Source: Mobula hypostoma (taxonomy: Eukaryota). From it: a stretch of 64,000 nt of DNA. Below are positions 25,549 to 37,790 of this stretch, in pieces; the first letter of the stretch is position 1, and each line of letters opens with the position of its first letter. The position numbers and the translations under genes were made by a program. The stretch is taken from assembly GCF_963921235.1 (NCBI RefSeq), contig NC_086108.1, positions 76,758,001-76,822,000 on the forward strand, written 5' to 3'. Under the pieces are notes generated by a model. The model did not search any database. It was not told where the DNA came from and saw only the letters and a list, made by a program, of their open reading frames with translations.

Positions 25549-27220
25549 TGATTCTTCAGTTTCACTGCTATCAACACATGATAAGACTGAGCTGTGATGC
25601 CTTGATGGTTGAATATCTTGCTTACTCTTACTATCCAGGCTCAAGAACAGTTGCCACATGGGCTAGACACCAGGAGCAAGCCAAAGGTCGTGCTGACATA
25701 CATCTTGAAAACATCAACACTTAAGACAGGAAGGAAAAAAAAATCAATTAGGAAATAAAAATTCAACCTGCTCTCAAATCAGTTAAACGGATTTCATATT
25801 AGTTTGAAATATCTCAAATCTTAGTTCTAAATATCTCAAAGCCGTGTTTTTCCTCTAGCTTTATTAGCCCTCTTGTAGTATATGAAGACACAGAAAAATA
25901 AAGACATAGGAGGGCAGGGAGTTATAAGTTAATAAAACAGTCCCTATGTTCAGATGACATAAACCATATTTGATTCACAATCTTTGTCCAGATGTCATCA
26001 AACCCCCGAAACTGTTGCAGCACCTTTAATTGTGCCTGAGTCTATTAGTGTTTTAATACTGAATGTAAAGAACTGATTTTGAATCAAAGATCCACTGAAG
26101 TTTTAGTAACTCACTCATATTATTTGCCCTTTTTTAACATCAGTCTGATTATATGTACTTACAAGTAAGTGACTACTTCAGCAATTGTACAATTTGACAA
26201 ATATATTGAGTGGGTAGTGTTTTCTCAGAGAAATACTCAGGCATTTATATTAAAACAAATGTCATGGTATTTCTTTCTGACAAGAGAAAAACCTAATCTC
26301 TATTGGATATCTATTTCTCTGCTCTCTTTTTTTGTAGTGGAAAAACATCTACCAGATGTTTTATGATCAAAGAGAGGGGAAAAAAGTCTGAAAACACCAT
26401 CACTTTCCCTGACCCTTGTCCTCTATCCCATAAGCCCACACAGTTGAGCGCCAAGTCTTTTAATCAATCTCAGCCGAGAATGATAAGTGTCTCTTATCTC
26501 CATTGTCATTGTAATAGCTTCCAACATTTTAAGATTGAAATACGAAGCCAGGCAAACCTCAGTTATCAGCAGATGGGACTACAGCACATCTAACGGCACT
26601 GGCAATAAAGTCAAGTATAAATTGCTCTGAGACTTGGGTCTCCAGCTGCACAGGCAGCCTGAAAATCCTATCTCTTTCTTGCTTCTGATTTTCTCCACTG
26701 CTCACTCTCCACTGCCAAGCTGGGTCTCAGGGCTTCTGTAACTGCCCCTAATAACTTTGCTGTTCATGTATTCTGGTTGTATTTACAAACCTGAGGACGT
26801 CTTGTATACTGCCTGAGGGATATATATATATCCTTTCAGTATCTCTGCAAAGAGACACCCTCGCTGAAATCTGTCATCGGATGGTTTTATTAATTTTTAT
26901 TTCCTTCTGACTTTGACAGCTGCTCTGTTAATACCCTGGCAAGTGTGAATTGTGTCACTGCAGCAGAGAGCTTAGGTTTTAAATGGTAAGAGCAGGGAAG
27001 GTGACAACACTATCAACAGTGAGAGCCCTAAAGCAGCTGAAAAGCAAACAAGACTTGGGGTTGGGTGGAAGAAAGAGAAATTTTATTTGAAGTAAATATG
27101 CAGACCAGGGGAACCAATCTCACAAGAAGTATAAGATACATTTTTATTCAATTAAATAAATGTACGTAAGTACAAGTTGATATCATTATACTCTCGGAAA
27201 GAGAGCAGAAATACGGTGAC

Positions 27221-27262
27221 AAACAACAGGAGTTCTGCAGATGCTGGCCTGCTGTGTTCACG
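27221..27262. mobile_element. 42-bp Penelope-like micro-insertion with inversion
   Basis: Antisense terminus AAACAACAGGAGTTCTGCAGATGCTGG joined to sense CCTGCTGTGTTCAC. TSD AGAAATAC(G/A)GTG(A/G)C at 27207-27220 and 27263-27276. Confidence 0.7.
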
Positions 27263-28399
27263 AGAAATACAGTGGCTCAACATTTTGCAAGGTATGAAGG
27301 ATTGAGTACGTTATGTATAATTCTTCATTTTGAACCAAACTGGTGACAGACATCAACATTATCCTTCTCGATTTTTTTTTGATAATTAGTTCATACATCT
27401 GGCAGATTGTACTTTGCTCACATTTTTACTTCTTCTGTATGTCTTTTTTAATTAATATGTCTATAAGAGGAAAACATGGAGACAAATCGCACATTGATTA
27501 GTCAGTATTTCTGTAGAACTGCGTGGTATTTGGAAATAATTTGGCAGAGTCCCAGGGTTTAGTTTTGGTTAGAGGCATTGGACACCTTAGATAGGGGCAG
27601 AGGCTTTAAACACTGCGTCGAGCAATAGGAAGAAGTTTTGGATTGTGGTTTTCACCTTTCTTAGGGGTGGTTTTGTGTCTGTGTAGGTGGACTTTGGATT
27701 TTATGGACTTCAAGGAATGGCTTCTAGAGATACTGACTTTTCTTGATTTCCAGGACGAGTCCATATATTATCCTCTCTAACAAGCATGTGTCCCACACAT
27801 GCATCATTCACACGTTCCTCTGTAGTGTGAGTATGAATCACTCTGTAGCCAGCAGTGACAGTTGTGTGAGATGGACGTTTTAAATTGCCACCAATCATTA
27901 AACAAGACGTTGCTAGAAAATTGCATTAATTTCTATAAGAAGTAATTAAAGCACTGAATAGAAAACATTCAAGGGATATTGAATAGACATTTGAAAAAAG
28001 AGACAAGATAATGGGAAGAGTGCAAGAATAAGCAATAAGTTTTGGACTGCTCTAAAATCAACGAACCCTAAGTTTGATTGGCTGATCGTTTCCTTAAATG
28101 CAGTAAATGTCTCTTTTTTTTCTTCCTCTCATATGATAGATGCTATTCTCTTTGAGTTCAGGCTGAGCAGAATTTTGTTCAATTGTATGAATTGTGCATG
28201 AAACTCATAGAAACTATACAGACTGTGAGACTTAATCATTGTTATTTTATTTTACCAAAGTGGAAGTGTGTCTGTCCTGTTCCATATTGCTTCATTCCAC
28301 TTTCATTATTCTGTTTAACATTCTTTGAATGTTTTCTACTCTTTGCTTTTGACACTGATTATAACAATATATTACATGACCTCAAAACAACTAAAGAAG

Positions 28400-29010
28400 G
28401 ATTCGATGTACTAAGGAGTTTACCTTTAATCTTTCATTTAAATCCCTCATTCTTGACTTCCAGTAATTGGAAGCAGCGTTTTTTAATCTGCTCTGTTTTG
28501 CCCCTTTGTTATTTTAAACTCTTCCATGAAATCATCCTTTAATTTCCTCTTTGAATGAAAACAATGTGACTTTCAATGCTTTTTACTGTATTTTGTGGGC
28601 TTGAATTTGTGCTCCGTCCTTTATATTACCTCAAAAATCTTTCTGTAGAACTGACCATGAAACTACACGCAGGGGTTAGTTAAGGCTTAATATAATTTCA
28701 CTATTATATCTCACCTTTTATGTTTTATACTGTTTGCTATAAAATTCAGTATTCTATTAGCTTTCTTATCCATCTGAATTAGCACATTTAATGTAATGTA
28801 AATCTCATCCCTACATCTTATGCTCACCTACATCATGCAGATTACAATTTTTGATGAAACAATAAAACGTACCATCTCACACCTGTTGGCACTGTATTCC
28901 ACCGGCCACTATTTTGCTACGAACTTCTTGCAGCTGGCTTATTTATTTCCATTCTGACGTTGATTTCAAATTTGGTAGGTCTCCCTCTAGCCCTGTATCC
29001 TAACTATCGA
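28400..29010 (-). mobile_element. Highly decayed CR1 fragment
   Basis: Remnants such as ACCATCTCACACCTGTTGGCACTGTATTCCACCGGCCAC (reverse complement of the W...FN..KCE region). Confidence 0.4.
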
Positions 29011-29513
29011 TGTATGGAATGAACACAAAGCAGTCTGACAGACACATGAAGATTTTGAAAGATGAAATATTTATTGCCATGAAGGAACACAAGTAAATGC
29101 ATTGACGTGAATAAGACATGTTCAGAAATTGATGAACAAGATATCTACATCGCACATTATTACAGATGTCATATTATTTGTCATTCCTATCAGCTAGCTG
29201 CTGGTTTGAAATCACAGGCCCGCCCCATACATTTACCTAACACTAATGAGACTTATTGATTGGAAGTATGGGATTTGTAAAGGTTACAGGGTTAAAGTAC
29301 ATAAAACTGCTGTTCCTATCGCAGCAGATTTTTTGCAATATTGGGTTGGATTGGTCAGTAGGGAGATATTAATAGGTTCCAAGCAGGAAGACGTAGACAA
29401 AGCACAGTGTGATTTCAACAGTTAATAGTTCGCCTACCCTGCAGGACCACAGTTTCCTTGGTATACAAGGTTTTTACTACAGGGTGACATGCAATTAAAT
29501 ACTATTTTGCTAA

Positions 29514-29657
29514 CACAAGAAAATCTGCAGATGCTGGAAATGCAAAGCAAAACACACAACATGCTGGAAGATCTCAGCAGGCCAAGCAGCATCTATGGAA
29601 AAGAGTAAATGATCGATGTTTCAGGCTGAGACGTCTTGGCCTCAAATGTCGACTGTT
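29514..29657. mobile_element. Penelope-like fragment, head-to-head inversion centred in hammerhead stem II
   Basis: Antisense arm from the 3' terminus to ...TTTCAGGCTGAGAC, then sense GTCTTGGCCTCAAATGTCGACTGTT. TSD TAC(T/A)ATTTTGCTAA at 29500-29513 and 29658-29671. Confidence 0.8.
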
Positions 29658-30489
29658 TACAATTTTGCTAATGCAGAGGAACACATAGCAGAATGGTATG
29701 TGAATGGTATGTTAGATTTTAAATGACTTATTTAGATTTTCATGTGTATGGGCACAGATTGATGGAAAGGATACACTCTACAGTTGAATAGCCACTGACT
29801 CTTGCTCTCTCTGCTGATTCCAAACTAATAATCAGTTGGGCAAGATGATGGCAAGGATCCAGTTGTTTACATTTTACTTCTGAAAGCCAGAAATTTCAAG
29901 CACCAAAAAAGTGTGAAAAATAGTCAATCATGTTTTCCTAACAGATGGTTATGTTTATCCTGAATATTGATGGATCACAGAGACTACTCACTGTCAAAAC
30001 TATTTTTTGATTGTGGAGTTAGTAGCACTAAGATGTTAAATATTTTTACATATCAATAATTCCATAGCTCCAAAATGTTCTAAAGACTAAAGAGTTTAGA
30101 ACTAATCATTCTGGTTAGGTTTTTCCACTGTCTTCTCACAGATAAGAACGTGATGCAAAAAGAAGATCTTATTTTATTTTTCATCATTGTTTTTCCATCT
30201 TTTTGTTTCAAATCTATTTGCACTACATTTATCTTTTAGTTATATTAATGCTGGCAAGGATTGACTATTCTTCTCCAACTCTCTAAATTTTACAATGATG
30301 AAATCAAGACTCATTCCCCAGTCTGCTCCTTAATTTTTTTTGTATTGAAAATTAGAGAACTACTTCCTTCCCCAGACCTCTAATCATATCTATCTTCTCA
30401 AATTCCGACCATGGCATTACCTAATTTATCCTTTCGATTTTCCCCCTTTTGATTTTTCTCCTTCTCTTTTTCACATGTTATTCTTCATT

Positions 30490-31790
30490 TTTAAATTAAA
30501 ACAAATGCATTCCAAAGCCCAAGGTGGAATCTGTAGTAGGCAAATCCTTGAAGTATCAGGAAGTGAGTCACCTTCTACAGGATATCTTCCCCCTTTGAGC
30601 AGCTCTTGGAGCTGCAGTATGTATGTGGCTGGTCCAGCTGAGTTTATAGACATTGACATTGGCAAAGCTATGTCATTGAGTGTCAAATGAAAGTGGGTTG
30701 ATTCTTTCTTGCTGGAGATGGCCTGGCAGTTTCATGGCATGAATGTTACTTGAAAAATATCGGTCCGGGCCTGAGGAACTCCTGGAATGATGTCTCACCT
30801 CTGAGACCTTTAATCTCAGACAACCACAGCCATCTTGCTCTGACTCCAACTTGGAGTGCTTTCCGTCTCAAGCCTGTTGAATTCAATTTTGTCAGGGCAA
30901 CTTGCTGCCACAGTTCAATGACAAGGGCAGTAACACTCACTTAACCACAAGGTCTGTGTTTGGTGAGTAAGTGTCAATGGTGGCTTCCAGCTTTTTGTTG
31001 ATGATTGAGCTTCAACTGATTGGACAGTAATTAGCCAAATTGAATTTTTTTCTGCTTTTATTAAATGAACAGAACATACTGTCAGTGGCCCTTTAATAGT
31101 TTCCTGCTATACTAATAAAGTGGCCACAGAGTGTGAGTTTGTGGTCTTCTGCAGCTGTAGTCCATCCACTTCAAGGTTCAACATGTTGTGCATTTAGACA
31201 ACTCTTCTGCAAGCACTGTTGTAACACCTGGTTATCTGAGTTATTGTCATCATCCTGTCAGCTTGATCCAGTCTGGTCACCTTCCTCTGACCACTCTCAT
31301 TAACAAGGCATTTTTGCCCACAGAACTGTCACTCGCTGGATTTTTTTTTGTTTTATGCACCATTCTCTATAAACTCTAGAGACTGTTGTTCATGAAAATC
31401 CCAGGAGATCTGCAGTTTCTGAGATACTCCAACCACTCCTTCTAGCGCCAATAGTCATTCCACGGTCAAAGTCAGTCAGATCACATTTCTTCCCCATTCT
31501 GATGTTTGGTGTGAACAACAATTGAACCTCTTGACCACAGTTTTATGCATTGAGTTGCTGCCACATGATTGGCTAATTAAATGTTTGCATTTATGAGCAG
31601 GTGTACAGCTGTACCTAATGAAATGGCCACTGAGTATTTCTATGCAATTATTCACACTGTTAAGGTGATGCCAATATTATAATTACACTAGAACAGCTTG
31701 ACTGGAGGCACACTTAGTTCTGAATTGCTGTTCCTTAGTACTATTGCTGTGAAGTTGTCTGGTTCTATAACCTTTGATGTGGGATCAGAC
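30490..31790 (-). mobile_element. Old non-LTR retrotransposon RT relic, interrupted by Tc1
   Basis: Minus-strand remnants VSVTAL...WQQVALTKL.STG.R.K and TLNDI, plus an AIVL...PLVKLF region at 31640-31750. Clade not assigned. Confidence 0.6.
31079..31636 (-). mobile_element. Tc1/mariner internally deleted element with transposase N-terminus
   Basis: TIRs (CAGTGGCC...TTTAATAG and CCTAATGAAATGGCCACTGAG), with TA at 31077-31078. From ATG 31497 it reads MGKKCDLTDFDRGMTIGARRSGWSISETADLLGFS*TTVSRVYREW, a Tc1 HTH region. Confidence 0.9.
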
Positions 31791-33069
31791 AACGTTGGCC
31801 TGGGCTGTATTGTGATTAAATGCTCCCTAACCAACCCATGTATTGTCATAGCCTATTCTCTACAACAGACATGTTCATAAGTTTAGCTGATTATCACAAC
31901 CACCTCATGTAGTCTTTGATGCAACAAATGACTACTCACAAAGATAAGATTTCATTCTGCACTTTGCTTCATCCTGGAAAAACAATTAATCAATCTGTTG
32001 TTTTTCTATTTTTTTCCAGCTGACTTGCTGTCAGAATTCGTGTAATATTGATGGGGGTGCTATTGTGAGATATCTCAATGGAGTTTTGCATTTTTGCTTC
32101 ACTTCGCATGTACTATCAGCAGAGCTGCTACTTTTGCATGTTGACCCATGTCTTGCTGTAATAATCCCCATATGATGAAAATTGATGAGGACTGACATTG
32201 ATTATCGTGAACTAATTAATGGGCTGAACTTTATCCTGGCTGCTTTACATTGGAGCTACACTTTATATTTGCATTGCACCTTTAATGTAATAAAATGCCT
32301 CAGGACACTTTACTACAGTATCATCAAATTAAATTTGACACCAGGCCTCAGATTGCAAGCCTAAAGGGGATTTCTGCAAAGAGAGGGAAGGGTGAAGCCA
32401 TGGAAAGATTTGAAAATATGGATGAGAATTTAAAATTGAGGCATTTAGTTAAATTTTAACATGAACAAAAATCAACAGATTGTGGTGTATGGAATCATAA
32501 GAACTGGAAGAACAGGGCAGACAGCATCGGTGCAGAAAACAAGACCAGTTAACTTCTACTTTGTGATCTATTAATTTGTCTATTAATCCTCCAGTTAATA
32601 TGTGATCTACTACAAGTTTCACTGAAGTTACTATGCTTGGCAAATTGAGTGGAAATATTTGTGAGTGTACAGATTCAAACAATGTTCAATCCCTTTATAT
32701 TCCTTGTAAAGTTTAGAAATTACAATTATTTGTGCATTTTACCTTGATTTACTTCATGCTATTACCTTTTTAATAATTTCTTTTGAATCTTTTCCATTCT
32801 ATTCATGCTTCTTCTACAATGTTGATTGTTCCCCAAGTTGTGCTTGAGCTTTCAGCATCAGGCCAGGCTTCTCGCAAGACACCTTGCAAGCTAATTGGTG
32901 TTTCTGGCCAAAAACAAATAAAGCTGAGTGTTCTGAAATCTGGAACAAATAGAGAAATGTTGCCAGTATTCAGCCAGTCAAGCAGCATCCATGGAAAAAG
33001 AAACCAGTCAATGATTTGGGTCAGTAGCTCTTCCCTGGAATGCTGCTAAACTAAAAGTTGGCTGATATA

Positions 33070-33897
33070 TCCACGTGCGCATGCGCCGGTCGTGCATGCA
33101 GCCTGGTACAGTCGTTCCGATCTATTCTTACTTTCTTCTTCTTACTTTTTAATTTACGTTATTTTTTGTATTTTTTTTTCTCACGGTAACACGTCGAAGC
33201 TGCACCCTCTCTAACATGCTGGTAGAGAGAGTTTTATTTGGGTTTTCTTTAGCGCTGGAAATGGTTAAATCCCGACACACGGGACAGAAGCAAGGTCGCA
33301 TTGTGTATTCCACGGACCAGCAAATACCGGCCGGCTTAGCGAACGGAGCAGCGGACACCCCTGCTGAAATCTGGAGGAAAACACACAGAGGGGGATCACA
33401 AAGCCGAGGAAAGAGGACCGGGTCGAGACAACAGAGACTTTTGGAGAAGAGGAGTTCGGTGGGTAACACCGTTCCGGCTGACCGGAAGTGCACTGAGAGC
33501 GGTAAGCGTAAAGAAGTTGGGTGCCTACTGTTCTGGCTAACAACGGATGGTGCAATCCAGGATATATTATGATCGAGGAACGTGTCTGCAGACTGGATAT
33601 TGAACTTTTCACTGTTGGACTTCGGCCACATTCCACCGTGATACAACACTTGGTGGCACGGGAGGTCGTTCCTGCCTGGGGCCATCGAACGTGCATCTCC
33701 TGCCGTGGAGGGTCAGACACCCTGAGCCAATAGACTGGTCCTGGACTTATTTTCCATCTGGCATAGTTTGCATTTTGCTGTTTGATTGTTGGGGTTTTTT
33801 TGTATTGCTATATTTACACTCTATTCTTGGTTGGTGCAGCTGTAATGAAACTAAATTTCCCTCGGGATTAATAAAGTATATCTATCTATCTATCTAT
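33070..33897 (+). mobile_element. Young internally deleted Rex1-like derivative (5' end, ORF start, 3' tail)
   Basis: CpG-rich. ORF 33216-33572 contains IVYSTDQ...EIWRKTHRG..RGKRTG, a Rex1-type N-terminus. The tail AATAAAGTATA(TCTA)n resembles the one at 37791. Confidence 0.7.
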
Positions 33898-35514
33898 TTC
33901 ATTTTGCACTGGTGCAGCTTGATTGACAGAGTTCTTCAAGCCCTTTATAGTCATTGAAAGGAAACGATGTCCACGGCACTGTAACTAATTTGAATTTGTT
34001 TTCAGGGAGATGCATGCAATGTTCCACCTGTTATCGAGCACTAATGTTAATTTGGTGCCACCAGATTAAGCAGTAACTTCTGTTTAATCTCCTGTTTTAA
34101 CAGACTCCATATTCAGAACTCTCAGTCCTCTTCAACTCAGAAATGCTGACACACAAACAAGAACCGGTGGAATTATTATAACTTCTCCTCCAAAGCAGTG
34201 GATAGGTTGTGGTGAACATAGGGAGATGAAGAAGTGGAAAAAAAAGTTGTTTTTAAGCAAAAAAACTTAGCAAAGTAGAATATGTTTCACTACTTATTTC
34301 TTCCACAAGTGATCAGTGTGTCTTTTCAATCATGAAAAGCTTGAAGTATCAGAGCTGTAATGCAGGGTGAGCAGTATGCAGTGCTTTTGACAGTGTGTTA
34401 CAGGAGTAAGCCCTCAGTACTTCACAACATATCCAATAATCAAAGGGTGAGGATTAGGCTGATACCAGCATGAGCTTCCCAATGCTTGGCAGACGTTAGT
34501 GAGAAACCTGTCAATTAGGACCTGTTCTACTTTAAGGGACTGAAAGGATTCTATAGGTAGCCTCAATCATTTAAAAAGATCTAAACATGCTGTGCTTTTA
34601 CAATCTTTTACTTTTTTCTTCTTTAAAATCATTATGATTAAAATAAATAACACTTATAATATTCTTTGGAATTTGTAGAAGTATCCAATAATGCTAATTT
34701 AAAAAAAATCTAGTTTCCATAGGCTTTGCTTTATATTATATGAAAGTATATTTTCAATTGACTAAATTCAATTCTTCTACTACTTCTAATGATGTTATTT
34801 TACATGATTTTATCTCAAGTGTAAAAGTAGTCCGTTTGGATTTTAACAGTTAGATAAATTGCATCAGTAATTCCTACTGCTGTTCGTCTGCTTTCTTCGT
34901 GCTGTGTTTACCACAATGCTGAGAAACAGAAACGACCTGCCAGAAACTTATAAAATATTTTAATTGAGTGGTAATGATATCATCACATCATCAACATTTG
35001 ACACAGCAAGTGCTCAGCTGAGATAAAATGAAGTGGAAATGCAGCTGCTGTAGTGTTAGTGTAAGCAGAATAGCCTAATTATCGATGCTCTTATGATCCA
35101 AAGTGAATCTATTAGCTGATTTCAGTCATGTATATTTGTTTCATTGTTTTCTTGGGTAAATATATATAGTGAGAGAATTTCAAAGGCTTAAAAAGCACAC
35201 ACATATCCACATAACTTGTATACAGACATCCATTACATGCTCAATGATTATAATTTATGCCTCTGCTGTCCCTCATTGCTCTGTCCTCTGTATTTTTCCC
35301 AATAACTCTGCAATCAATTGCACTTTCTGGCATTATGTATTCTCCTGATTGCCATTTCCCTCAATTTATTTCACTTCTGCGTATCCAGTCTTTGTCAGAA
35401 CATCTCCAGTAATGTCCTCTCTTCCCATCACTACAATATTACTTCTGAAGGCTCCTCCCTCTCTATCAAACTCCACAAACATTTCAACTTCCTCCATGTC
35501 AACCACTGAACACA

Positions 35515-35960
35515 ACTACATCCATCACCAGGGACCCCCACTACCAAGGTCATGCTTTTTTCTCAATGCTGCCATCAGGAAGAAGGTAGAAGAGCCACAG
35601 GACTTTCACCACCAGGTTCAGGAACAGCTATTACCCTCAACTATCAGGCTGTTGAACCAAGAGGGTACCTTTACTCAACTTCACTTGCCCCAACATTGAA
35701 ATTATTCCCTCAACTAATGGACTCACTTTCAAGGACTCTTCATCTCTTGTTCTCAATATTTATTGCTTATTTATTTATGATTATTATTTCTTTATTTTTG
35801 CATTTGCACAGTTGTCTTTTCCAGTTGTTGTGGTCTTTCATTGATTTTATTATGGTTAATATTCTATAAATTTATTGAGTATGTCTGCAAGCAAATGAAT
35901 CTCAGGGTTGTAGATTGTGACATATATATTCTTTGATAATAAATTTACTTTGAATTTTGA
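35515..35960 (+). mobile_element. Rex1/Babar-like LINE 3' end
   Basis: Colinear with 18140-18601. Tail AATAAATTTACTTTGAATTTTGA. Confidence 0.85.
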
Positions 35961-35967
35961 AGTATCA

Positions 35968-36640
35968 GGATCTATTTTCCCCTTGCAGTTTCTTAACTCT
36001 ACCAACAAGAATCCTAAATCCTACATCTTCCAATCCTATGACACCTTTTTCTAAGGATTTGATTTCATTTTTTACCAACAGAGCCACCCCACCCCCTCTG
36101 CCTACCTGCCTATCCTTTCAATACAATGTGTATCCTTGGATATAAAGCTCCCGTCTATGATCTTCTTTCAGACTTTATTCAGTGATGCCTACAACATCGT
36201 ACCTGCCAATCTGTAACAGTGTTAGATGATTATCTACCTTATTCTCTGTACTTTGTGCATTTAAATATAACACCTTCAATCCTGTATTCATCACCCTTTT
36301 GGTTGCTACCCCCATGTTATACTGCTGCTCACCCCACTGACAGCAATGACTTGTATACTATTGCCCCATTCTCAGCCTTATCATTCCAGTTCCCATCCCC
36401 TTACCAAATTAAATTAAACCTTTCCTGACAGCTCGAGCAAATCTGCCCACGAGTGCCTTGGATCCCCTTGGGTTCAGGTGTAACCTGTCCTTTTTGTACA
36501 GGTCATACCTTCCCCAGAAGAGATTACAATGATACAGAAATCTGAAACCCTGCCCCAGCACCACTTCCTCAGCCACTCATTCATCTGTACCACCATCCTA
36601 TTCCTGCCCCGACTAGCACGTGGCACTGGTAGCAGTCCGG
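35968..36640 (-). mobile_element. CR1 fragment (end of ORF1, start of APE)
   Basis: Colinear with 20700-21390. Encodes VVQMNEWLRKWC. Confidence 0.8.
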
Positions 36641-37790
36641 GGGTACGTATTAGATCACAGAGGAAATAAATAAATGCACCAATTTTCAAAATTCTCTTCA
36701 TATTGTGACCAATATTGGAAAATTCCTTTAGCACCTATGGAGGTAGCTACTGACGTCTTTTACATCAGTGAGTGTTAATTAAGCACAACTGCATCTATTG
36801 TTCTATTTAATCTCAATTAATATCATCAATAATAGCTATTCCTAACAGTATTAAAATGACTGAAAGATAATTATAATGAATTAGAGTTTAAATTGTTACT
36901 TTTCTTGTAGTTTAACCTCCTTTAAACTTGTATGTTTATATAATCATCTGTTTATGCATGCATTTGTTAACTGGATTTTCAGTAGTTGTAGTACGGCATA
37001 TTCTGTACTTTTCCAGTAGTTTCTATATAGCCTGTGTCACACCATTGTATCTGGCTACATCATGGGTTGCTCCTTATCATTGGAATGTCTCCTAACTGTC
37101 TAGCTTGCCGAGGGCAATCACCACTTCTACTTTTTTTGTGTTTTCATGCTTTCTCACTCTTTCTTTGTTCTCTCACTTCATTCACTCCCTACAGTGAATT
37201 GGTTATTGTTATTTCCTTGTTATGGACACCTAATAAAACAGCAGTTAGCATAAGTTTTATGCCTCATTCCTAACTTCTGAAGAACCTTATGTATCAACGA
37301 AAATACAAGAAGTTTCTCATTCAATTTCTTATAATTTTAATCGAAATTCCTACTGATCTGTTCAACCATTACCTCAGCTTTTGAAATAAATTCTCACTAT
37401 CATCTTCTACAATCCATATCTTGCTCCTATAAACGAGCTTGAATGGATATGATAGTCTTCATTCATTTTGAGAACTGGTTGGACAAGAAAAAGGGTTATT
37501 GAAGCAAACTTTTCCTCCAGCTAATGATTGGGAAATCTGGTGCCATTTTCTTCGGGCTTTCTTCATAAGATTCATTCCATAACCACTAATTCAATCCCTT
37601 TCCCTGGCAACCCACTGATGCTGCGTGGGGGGCAGCCGAGCCATCAGAGTCACCGTCCTTAGGAACAAAATGGTGAGGTGTGTCCTTGTCTAGTTTCTCA
37701 CATGGAAAGGAAGTATTTCAGAGAAGTGCATGTGGATCTTTCCCTTGTGTCTTGTGAAATATTTGTCCGTCAATCATCAACAATACAATA

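Noticed and set aside
29090..29270. TGACGT, GC box and CCAAT cluster as a promoter
   Set aside because: No CpG island or downstream exon. Short motifs like these are expected by chance in 64 kb.
33149..33720. 178-aa and 151-aa minus-strand ORFs
   Set aside because: Antisense shadows of a GC-rich retroelement.
37521..37672. AG...GTGAG-bounded exon-like segment
   Set aside because: Stops in all three frames and no evidence for a non-coding transcript.
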